The notes beneath the pieces were generated by a model that saw only the letters and a list, made by a program, of their open reading frames with translations, did not search any database and was not told the origin of the DNA. 64,000 bases of DNA from Campylobacteraceae bacterium (GTDB taxonomy: Bacteria; Campylobacterota; Campylobacteria; Campylobacterales; Sulfurovaceae), in contig JALVXD010000216.1 in NCBI GenBank assembly GCA_027038295.1, forward strand, positions 14,804-78,803, in the 5' to 3' direction. A program made the translations under genes and the position numbers. Below are positions 38,712-47,024 of the stretch, piece by piece (the first letter of the stretch is position 1; every line of letters begins with the position of its first letter).

Positions 38712-40526
38712 TTGAGTGAAAACTTAATAGGTTATATTGATAACCAAGGACAAATTATAGATACACAGAGTGCAGGTGAAAACCCTGATGCAAAAGCGAT
38801 TGAGTATGATAACTCTGCTGAATCACTAGAGATTGTTAGACACTCTACAGCACACTTAATGGCACAAGCCATTACTGAGCTTTATACCAATGCAAAATTC
38901 TTTGTAGGACCAAATGTAGATGAAGGTTTCTACTATGACTTTAGAGTAGATGAAAAGATTGGTGAAGAAGATTTAAAGAAAATCGAAAAAAAGATGAAAG
39001 AACTCATCAAAAAGAAGTACAAAATTGAAAAGTACGAGATGACCAAAGCAGAGGCTTTAGAGAAATTTTCTAATGACGACTTAAAACAAGAAGTTTTAAA
39101 ACGTATTCCTGATGGTGTTATTTCTGTCTATAAACAAGGGGACTTTGAAGACCTCTGTCAAGGACCTCATGTTCCTGCACTTCGATTTTTGCACAACTTT
39201 AAACTAACTCGTGTGGCAGGTGCTTACCTTGGTGGTGATGAAAAAAGAGAAATGCTAACCCGTATCTATGGGATTGCTTTTGCTGACAAAGAGTCACTTA
39301 AAGCATACATGACAATGATGGAAGAGGCTAAAAAACGTGACCACCGAAAAATCGGTGCAGAGATGGAACTCTTTATGTTTAATGAAGAGAGTGGTGCTGG
39401 ATTACCATTTTGGATGCCTAAGGGGTCACGCCTACGTTACAAACTAGAGAACATCTTGCACAAAGCTCACCGAAAAAGAGGTTATGAGCCTGTACGTGGT
39501 CCAGAGATTTTAAAAGCTGACATGTGGAGAACCTCTGGTCACTACGCTTGTTATGGTGAAAATATGTACCTTACTACCATTGATGAGCAGGAGTATGGGG
39601 TAAAACCGATGAACTGTATTGGTCATATTCAGATTTTTAAACAGAGTGGGAAATCTTATCGTGATTTACCTCTTAAATATTATGAGTATGGTGTGGTTCA
39701 CCGTCATGAGCAATCGGGTGCATTGCATGGTCTATTAAGAGTAAGAGAGTTTACTCAAGATGATGCACACATCTTCTGTACTCCTCAACAAATCGCTAAT
39801 GAAGTCATCGACATTGTTGAGTTTGTTGACTCAGTCATGAAACTCTTTGGATTTGAGTACAGCATGGAGGTTGCAACCAAACCTGAAAAAGCCATTGGAG
39901 ACGATGATGTTTGGGAATTGGCAACACAAGGGCTAAAAGATGCTCTTAATGAAAATAACCTTCCATTTACTATTGATGAGGGTGGTGGTGCTTTCTATGG
40001 ACCAAAAATTGACATTAAGATTACCGATGCCATTGGAAGAAAATGGCAGTGTGGAACCGTACAAGTTGACTTCAACCTGCCTGAGCGTTTTGAAGTAGAG
40101 TATGTGGGTGAAGACAATGAGCGTCATACACCTGTTATGATTCACCGTGCAATTTTGGGGTCATTTGAACGTTTTATTGGGATTTTAACTGAACATTATG
40201 CTGGAGAGTTCCCTCTATTTATTGCTCCAACACAGATTATCTTTGTACCAATTTCAGAGAGTCATGTAGCGTATGCAAAAGAGCTTAAAAATCAACTTAT
40301 CGACCTTGACATTGACTGTGAAATCTTTGATAAAAATGATTCACTCAACAAAAGAGTACGAACAGCAGAGAAACAAAGAGTTCCTTACGTAGTCATTATA
40401 GGTGATGAAGAAGTTGAGAATAAAACAGTTGCAATAAGAAATCGACGAACAAAAGAGCAATATAATCTTTCTTTTGATGAATTTATGGTAGAATTAAGTC
40501 AACAACTAAATGAAGGTAAGATTTGA
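38712..40526 (+). CDS. thrS: threonine--tRNA ligase
   Basis: RHSTAHL, DLCQGPH, RDHRKIG, KPMNC, RVREFTQDDAH, GAFYGPKID, MIHRA; TTG start; shortened N-terminal TGS region. Confidence 0.98.
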   Translation: MSENLIGYIDNQGQIIDTQSAGENPDAKAIEYDNSAESLEIVRHSTAHLMAQAITELYTNAKFFVGPNVDEGFYYDFRVDEKIGEEDLKKIEKKMKELIKKKYKIEKYEMTKAEALEKFSNDDLKQEVLKRIPDGVISVYKQGDFEDLCQGPHVPALRFLHNFKLTRVAGAYLGGDEKREMLTRIYGIAFADKESLKAYMTMMEEAKKRDHRKIGAEMELFMFNEESGAGLPFWMPKGSRLRYKLENILHKAHRKRGYEPVRGPEILKADMWRTSGHYACYGENMYLTTIDEQEYGVKPMNCIGHIQIFKQSGKSYRDLPLKYYEYGVVHRHEQSGALHGLLRVREFTQDDAHIFCTPQQIANEVIDIVEFVDSVMKLFGFEYSMEVATKPEKAIGDDDVWELATQGLKDALNENNLPFTIDEGGGAFYGPKIDIKITDAIGRKWQCGTVQVDFNLPERFEVEYVGEDNERHTPVMIHRAILGSFERFIGILTEHYAGEFPLFIAPTQIIFVPISESHVAYAKELKNQLIDLDIDCEIFDKNDSLNKRVRTAEKQRVPYVVIIGDEEVENKTVAIRNRRTKEQYNLSFDEFMVELSQQLNEGKI

Positions 40527-41074
40527 GTAGACAAAACAACAGAAACAACAGAGGAAGAAAGAAACCAGACGACACCGTAATGAACGATAAAATTCGTGAC
40601 AGAGAACTTCGAGTTCTTGGTGATGATGGTGAACAATTTGGTATTATTTCTCGTGATGAAGCTTTACAACTTGCTGATGACAAAGGACTAGACTTAGTAA
40701 TTATGTCACCTGACGCAAAACCACCTGTAGCCAAAATAATGGACTATGGTAAGTATAAGTATGAGCTAGAAAAGAAGAAAAAAGAGGCAAGAAAAAACCA
40801 AAAAACCATTGATGTAAAAGAAGTTAAATTTTCTTGTAAAATTGCCGATGGAGATATTGCCTATAAAGTTAAACATGCCAGAGAGTTTTTAGAAGCTGGA
40901 AAGCATGTAAAACTAAGAGTCTTCTTACGTGGTAGAGAAATGGCAAACCCTGAGTGGGGAGTTGATGTTCTTAACCGTGTATGGCCAATGCTTGAAGATC
41001 TTGGTAATTTAGAACAAAATGCCAAACGTGATGGTCGTTATGTGAACATGTATGTAACACCACTAAAGAAATAA
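40523..41074 (+). CDS. infC: translation initiation factor IF-3
   Basis: GLDLV...PPVAKIMDYGKYKYE, KEVKF, KVKHAREFL; TTG start overlapping the thrS stop. Confidence 0.97.
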   Translation: MSRQNNRNNRGRKKPDDTVMNDKIRDRELRVLGDDGEQFGIISRDEALQLADDKGLDLVIMSPDAKPPVAKIMDYGKYKYELEKKKKEARKNQKTIDVKEVKFSCKIADGDIAYKVKHAREFLEAGKHVKLRVFLRGREMANPEWGVDVLNRVWPMLEDLGNLEQNAKRDGRYVNMYVTPLKK

Positions 41075-41210
41075 CCATTTTATCCTTCATAACCATTTAG
41101 TCCTCGTTACTAAGTGGTTAACTTTTAATAATCTTTAATATCATAAGTAGTTTTATTCACTTTTTAGATACACTTTCATAAATAAATTTATAATCTATAA
41201 GGAAATACTT

Positions 41211-42692
41211 ATGAAAAAAATAGTCGGTTCACTCGTTGCTGCCATTGCTCTTTGGTCTGGAACAACAGCATATGTTGGTAGTCAAATGAAAGAAAATATA
41301 GAACAGCACTTTAATAACATAAACAAGGTATATGCTGATAAAGGCATTCAATATAAAATTGATAGTTACAAAAAAACTTTTTTTGAATCTACTGCAAAAA
41401 TAGAGCTAGAGGTTACTGACCCCTCAATATTGGCATTAATGCAAAAGTCTATTAAGCTACCACTTGTCATGGAGTATCATATAGAACATGGTCCCATATT
41501 TTTTAAAAATGGTATAGGTTTTGGAGCAGCAAAAGCTCATCAAGAAATATTGCTAAGTTCCCTACTTACAGATGAGGCAAAAACAGAGTTCTTAAAGTTG
41601 TTTAAAGATGATATTACGATTACAAGTGACATGATTATCTCTTTTTTAAAAAATGCCTCCTATACTGCTTCTACCAATGAAATTAAATTTAATAATGAGG
41701 GTAAAATTTTTGCGATGACTCCTTTACATATGAATGGAGAGATGGATATAGATACATTGAAGGGTAAAAATGATCTTAAAATTGCCTCTCTTGAATTTAA
41801 AGAAGAGGGTACTAACAATGGTTTAACCGTTAAAAATTTACTCATGAATGTAGATATAGATGAATTTATAGAGCAAAAGTTAATGATGGGAACCATTGAC
41901 CTATCTATTGAAAAACTTAGCATAGAAGATGACACTAACCCTAAACTAAAAAATATTAACATTGCTACCAATATGCACATGACTAGCAAGAAAGACAGCC
42001 CCACAACATTCTCGACAAAACTTGATGGAAATATTGATTTTCAAAATACAAAACTTCCTCCTGAACTTCCTGATTTAAAAAATATTTTTCTCAAAATGGA
42101 TATGCAAAAACTGGGTATAAAAGGGTGGCTTAAGTTTCAAGAAGCCAGTCAAGAGATGCAAAAGAAACAGTCTGAACTCTTTGCCAAAATGCGATCAAAC
42201 TCTAACCCTGAAGATATGCAAAAAGTTATGGAAGAGTTTGGAACGCTACAAGAAGAGATGATAGGAAAGATAATTAATTCACTCAATACTCTTCTAGTTA
42301 AAGATGAAACACTCATAAATTATGGACTCAATATAGAAACAAAAGATAGTAAAAAAAGTAATGCTTCTATAGAAATAGGATATACAGGTGATATGAAATT
42401 TGAAGGTTCACTTCAGGAAATAGCCCTAAAAGCACAACAAAAAGCACTAGATATGATTAGCCTAAATGTTGATTTAGGATTAGACTCCACACATATTAAA
42501 AACTTACCAAATGCTGAGGTATTAAAACAACAAATCCAAATGGGTGTAGCCCAAGGTTTCGTAAAAGAAGAGAATGGAAAATATCTTTTAAAAGGTTACT
42601 ACAAACACCAAGAGCTAATAGTTAATGACAACAACTTAACAGCAACGGTCTTGCCACTACTCATGATGGCAACTCAAGGTGGAGGGATTTAA
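41211..42692 (+). CDS. YdgA/DUF945-family protein
   Basis: N-terminal anchor ending WSGTTAYVG; IEHGPI motif. Confidence 0.75.
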   Translation: MKKIVGSLVAAIALWSGTTAYVGSQMKENIEQHFNNINKVYADKGIQYKIDSYKKTFFESTAKIELEVTDPSILALMQKSIKLPLVMEYHIEHGPIFFKNGIGFGAAKAHQEILLSSLLTDEAKTEFLKLFKDDITITSDMIISFLKNASYTASTNEIKFNNEGKIFAMTPLHMNGEMDIDTLKGKNDLKIASLEFKEEGTNNGLTVKNLLMNVDIDEFIEQKLMMGTIDLSIEKLSIEDDTNPKLKNINIATNMHMTSKKDSPTTFSTKLDGNIDFQNTKLPPELPDLKNIFLKMDMQKLGIKGWLKFQEASQEMQKKQSELFAKMRSNSNPEDMQKVMEEFGTLQEEMIGKIINSLNTLLVKDETLINYGLNIETKDSKKSNASIEIGYTGDMKFEGSLQEIALKAQQKALDMISLNVDLGLDSTHIKNLPNAEVLKQQIQMGVAQGFVKEENGKYLLKGYYKHQELIVNDNNLTATVLPLLMMATQGGGI

Positions 42693-42706
42693 ACCTCTGC
42701 CAAAAT

Positions 42707-43204
42707 TTAAGGCACTATCACAATAGGCGTATTCTTCTTGGTACGCTCCCAAACCTCATCCATATCATCATTACTCATAGCAATACACCCCTCTGTCCAA
42801 TCAAGTAACATTGGCATCCAGTCACCAAGGGGGGAGAGAGACCAGTTAAGAGGTGTTCCATGAATCATAATCATACCCCCTGCACTTTTACCTGATTTTT
42901 TGGCATGGGCTTTATCTTTTGTATTGGGGTATGAGAGATGAATGGATTTATAGTAAGCCTTACTTGTCTGTCTCCAATCTAAAGTATAAGCTCCTTCAGG
43001 AGTTTTCATATCACCTTCAAACTCTTTAGCTCCATTAGGAATCTGACCCAAACTAATATGATATTTTTTATAAATCTCACCTTGTTGAGAGAGGTAGAGC
43101 ATACGTGTAGATTTTTTGATTATTACCTTGTCTGCCATAAAAATCATATCGGCAAAAAGAGAAAGAGAGAAGAGAGAAAGTGTTAAAATAATACGAAAAA
43201 GCAT
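42707..43204 (-). CDS. L,D-transpeptidase family protein (YafK-like)
   Basis: GDMKTPEGAY, IHLSYPN, GGMIMIHG, WTEGCIAM. Confidence 0.9.
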   Translation of the reverse strand: MLFRIILTLSLFSLSLFADMIFMADKVIIKKSTRMLYLSQQGEIYKKYHISLGQIPNGAKEFEGDMKTPEGAYTLDWRQTSKAYYKSIHLSYPNTKDKAHAKKSGKSAGGMIMIHGTPLNWSLSPLGDWMPMLLDWTEGCIAMSNDDMDEVWERTKKNTPIVIVP

Positions 43205-43206
43205 GG

Positions 43207-43803
43207 CTACCCCTTAAAAGAATCTAATATTTCCTTTTTAACTCTATCATACTCCTGCTGAAGATGTTTCAAATCTTGTGAATTGTTGATAATATAAGTT
43301 CCTAACTGTTTCTTTTCTTCTATATCTATTTGGGAGTCTATACGCTGTTGTGCCTCTTTTTTACTCGAAGCATCACGTTCCATTAAACGCTCCAACTGTT
43401 TATCTCTAGGAGTATAAACAACCATGCTTTTTTCAATAGGATAACGTTTGGTCTCAAAAAAGAGTGGAATATCAATCAAATAAGGCTTCTTAAGTTTATC
43501 CTCTTCAGTGGCTTGTTTTTTTATCTCTTCAAATATCAAAGGATGTAAAAGTCCTTCTAAACGTAACTTCTCTTCTTTATTAGAAAAGATTAAACTTCCC
43601 AAAGATTTTCTATCGACTCTTCCTTCTTTAATATAGTTATCACCAAAAAGTTCTACTATTTTATCTTGATGTCTATCTAACATATTGTGAGCTATTTTAT
43701 CTGCATCTATTAAAACAAAATCATCTTCTAAAAAAAGTTGGGCTACTGTACTCTTCCCTGTAGCTATTCCACCTGTTAAAACTATTGCATATTTAAAATT
43801 CAT
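43207..43803 (-). CDS. coaE: dephospho-CoA kinase
   Basis: LTGGIATGKST, IDADKIAH, LLHPLI, DIPLFFE. Confidence 0.96.
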   Translation of the reverse strand: MNFKYAIVLTGGIATGKSTVAQLFLEDDFVLIDADKIAHNMLDRHQDKIVELFGDNYIKEGRVDRKSLGSLIFSNKEEKLRLEGLLHPLIFEEIKKQATEEDKLKKPYLIDIPLFFETKRYPIEKSMVVYTPRDKQLERLMERDASSKKEAQQRIDSQIDIEEKKQLGTYIINNSQDLKHLQQEYDRVKKEILDSFKG

Positions 43804-43953
43804 ATTACACCTTGTGTTTAAGAGATTGTATCAAAACAACATTTAAATAGATATATCTTAATTTTATAAATATATTTTATTATATTATAAGATGTTAAAT
43901 AGTATTATTTAATATTCTATTCAATTAGAATATATTAAAAATAGGAATTGATA

Positions 43954-45597
43954 ATGAAAAATGTCAAAAAAGTAAGTTTAATTACTTTAATATGTATAAG
44001 TACAATGACAAATAGTTTTGCCCATGAAAGCAATAAAGAATGTAATGTAAAATACAAAAAAAATATTGTACACTTTGCTGATGAGCATAACCCTCATAAT
44101 AGATTAATTACACTCAACTATAAAACTATGGAACTTTTAGAAACTAAAGAGGTTGAAGGTTCACTTAATCACCATGCTGATGTTATGGGTTCGGTAGATA
44201 ATGCTAATTATCTGATGATGGTACCAAAAGGTTCTAAATTTGTAACTATTAGAGATATCAAATCAGGTGACTTCATAAAAAAAATCCGTCTTCCCTTTAG
44301 ACCTCGCTCAGCTGATGCCTACAATGCAAAATACAATTTAACACTTTTAAACTCAAGAGACAGACCTTCTGCTGTACTGATTGATAATATTTCTCTTAAA
44401 CTTGTAGGTAAAGCTGGATTTAATATTACTTGCAATCAACCTAATATTTTACCTCCCTATTCTAATCTTTATGCGAATAAAGATATAGAGAATCTAAAAT
44501 GCCAAACGTCTGACTTTGGTGGAGATCAAATTTCAGGTCATCCTATATGGCTTGACTCTAAAACTTTTGTTATTTTAGATAGGTCAAACAGATTACTACA
44601 TGTTTATGGTATAAAAAAACAAAAAAAACAGTGGAAAACTCGCTTAATTCAAACCTTAAAAACAGATACTTCCTTACATCAATTGATACCTAAAAGTAAA
44701 AGAGTTTTATCTAATCGTACCTTCTATGGAATGACCGAAAGTACAAGTAGTAGTGAAAAAATTTCAGGTGTATACAAATATAGAAAAGTCGGTTCAAAAC
44801 TAATTAAAATCAACTTTAAGCAACTAAAATATTATGTAAATACTCCTCAGAACAAGGATATTCTTGCTAATGGGCATAATAAACATAGACTGTTTCCTCA
44901 GTTACCTATCTTTAAGCCATTTTCTAAAAAAACTAAAATTGAAGGGATTAATGGTCATAACTTATTTATGACACCAGATAGACGATATATTTATGCACCT
45001 GTAGGAGCAACACTGGTTAATGGTGAATTGGCACCAGGTGGGGTATTTGTTCTGAACTCATTTAGTATGAGAATTGTTAGCTTTATAAAAACGGGCTATG
45101 GTGCAGGACATATTGCCTTTTCAAAACAAAAAGGTATTGCCATAGTAACCAACCATAAAGATAAATTTCTTACAGCCATAGATTTTAATAAACATAAATT
45201 TATTAAAAATATTCCATTAGATTTTAAAAATGAAGGTATTTTTTCACTTACAACATCACATGCTCAACACATTGATGAAAGTGGTAACTACTACTACAAC
45301 TTTTGGACAGATGGAGGTCAATTCTTTCGTGTTGACTTAAATACATTGGTAGTAGATAAGTCTGTTGAAACAGGAGGTATTCCAATTCAAGGTAATTTCT
45401 ATCCAAAAATTGCAATTAACTGTAATATCCCTTCACCTGCTAAAGAAGATGGATATGATGAGATATTCCCAGATACTTCAACACCTATAAGAAAAATAAA
45501 TCTGCAAGAAGAGAAAGAAGAAAGCAATCATCATAATGGTTATGATGGATTAACAAATCGAGAATACTTAAGAAGATTAGGAAAATTCAAAAAATAA
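43954..45597 (+). CDS. secreted YncE/YVTN-like beta-propeller protein, function unknown
   Basis: Signal peptide ending FA-HE; blade-like repeats (IVSFIKTGYGAGHIAFS...IVTNHKDKFLTAID); start taken at the ATG at 43954. Confidence 0.7.
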   Translation: MKNVKKVSLITLICISTMTNSFAHESNKECNVKYKKNIVHFADEHNPHNRLITLNYKTMELLETKEVEGSLNHHADVMGSVDNANYLMMVPKGSKFVTIRDIKSGDFIKKIRLPFRPRSADAYNAKYNLTLLNSRDRPSAVLIDNISLKLVGKAGFNITCNQPNILPPYSNLYANKDIENLKCQTSDFGGDQISGHPIWLDSKTFVILDRSNRLLHVYGIKKQKKQWKTRLIQTLKTDTSLHQLIPKSKRVLSNRTFYGMTESTSSSEKISGVYKYRKVGSKLIKINFKQLKYYVNTPQNKDILANGHNKHRLFPQLPIFKPFSKKTKIEGINGHNLFMTPDRRYIYAPVGATLVNGELAPGGVFVLNSFSMRIVSFIKTGYGAGHIAFSKQKGIAIVTNHKDKFLTAIDFNKHKFIKNIPLDFKNEGIFSLTTSHAQHIDESGNYYYNFWTDGGQFFRVDLNTLVVDKSVETGGIPIQGNFYPKIAINCNIPSPAKEDGYDEIFPDTSTPIRKINLQEEKEESNHHNGYDGLTNREYLRRLGKFKK

Positions 45598-45601
45598 ATA
45601 C

Positions 45602-45630
45602 AAGAACTACACTCCTGTAGTTCTTTTTCT
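45602..45630 (+). terminator. rho-independent terminator
   Basis: AAGAACTAC-actcct-GTAGTTCTT followed by a T-run. Confidence 0.8.
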
Positions 45631-45712
45631 TGATAAAGACCATCAATCAAATTTATTTTTATAATTACTAGAAAGATAGTATACTTTCAACAATTTTATA
45701 AAAAGGATTGTC

Positions 45713-46777
45713 ATGGCATTTTCACCAGAAAAACGCACAGGTACCATTAGTGGTATTATCTTTGTTGCTATCTTTGCTGCTGCAGCTACTTTTATTGCAG
45801 GATTAGCTCCTATTCACAAATTGGGGCTTTCCCCTCTAGTTATTGGTATTGTAATGGGTATTTTTTATGCCAATACACTTCATAATAAACTACCAACTGC
45901 TTGGGAGAGTGGAATCACATTCTCAGGTAAAAAGATTTTACGTTTTGCCATTGTTCTTTATGGTTTTAGAATTACATTCCAACAAATCATGGAAGTTGGC
46001 GTTGAAGGATTTTTAGTTTCACTAATTATGCTCTCAACTACTTTTGTACTTGGAACATGGTTAGGAAGTAAAATCTTTGGTATGGAAAAAGACACCTCTA
46101 TGTTAACTGCAGCTGGAGCTGCCGTTTGTGGTGCTGCTGCTGTTTTAGCAACAGAGCCTGTACTTAAAGCTGAAGAGCATAAAACAGCGATTGCTGTCTC
46201 TATGGTGGTTCTTTTTGGTACCATCTCAATGTTCTTGTACCCTGTACTCTACACAACCATTATTGAACATGCAACTGGTTTTCTTCACATGTCACCTCGT
46301 GAGTTTGGTATCTATGTTGGTGGAACCATTCATGAAGTTGCTCAAGTTGTTGCTGTTCCAGCTTCTGTACCCAATGCACCTGTAGAAATGGCAAACTCAG
46401 CTGTTATCGTTAAGATGACCAGAGTTATTATGATTGCACCTATGCTTATAGTTCTTGGTCTCTACCTTAGTTATCAAGCTAAAAAAGAGGGTGGAGAAGG
46501 TGCCGATGTGAAGTTGGTCATTCCTTGGTTTGCTGTTTACTTTATTGGGGTGGCTGCTTTTAATTCATTTCACTTAGTACCTGAAAGTATTGTTAGCAAT
46601 ATTAACATTGTTGATACATTCTTGCTTACCATGGCAATGACAGCACTTGGTATGGGTACACGTTTTGCCAAATTTAAAGGTTTAGGATTGGCTCCTGTCT
46701 ATACGGCATTAGGAATGTTTATTTGGTTAGTAGTCGGTGGATTTGTAATTACTAAGCTTATTTGTCAAGTTTTTTAA
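45713..46777 (+). CDS. YeiH-family (UPF0324, putative sulfate exporter) membrane protein
   Basis: ILRFAIVLYGF, AVCGAAAVLA, GGTIHEVAQVVA, VKMTRVIMIAP, MAMTALG. Confidence 0.92.
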   Translation: MAFSPEKRTGTISGIIFVAIFAAAATFIAGLAPIHKLGLSPLVIGIVMGIFYANTLHNKLPTAWESGITFSGKKILRFAIVLYGFRITFQQIMEVGVEGFLVSLIMLSTTFVLGTWLGSKIFGMEKDTSMLTAAGAAVCGAAAVLATEPVLKAEEHKTAIAVSMVVLFGTISMFLYPVLYTTIIEHATGFLHMSPREFGIYVGGTIHEVAQVVAVPASVPNAPVEMANSAVIVKMTRVIMIAPMLIVLGLYLSYQAKKEGGEGADVKLVIPWFAVYFIGVAAFNSFHLVPESIVSNINIVDTFLLTMAMTALGMGTRFAKFKGLGLAPVYTALGMFIWLVVGGFVITKLICQVF

Positions 46778-47024
46778 TATATAAATTAATATTAACTGTT
46801 TTTATTAAAATAATTTAAAAAAATAAGGTTTGATAAAGATTCTCTTTGTTAAACTGTCCTTAGTTAAGAAGATACTTGATTTTTAAATCGAAATAACCCT
46901 TATAATTCTCCCAAATCATAAAAAACTTTTCAAAGGTATCTTCTTAACGAATAAGATACCTTCCCTTGTTTTTAAATCTCACATACAGTATAATAATTGA
47001 ACTTAAATTTTTAAGGATATACTG

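Noticed and set aside
40523-41210. infC not followed by rpmI-rplT, and TTG rather than ATT start
   Set aside because: The operon is also split in some Campylobacterota, and TTG is a common alternative start.
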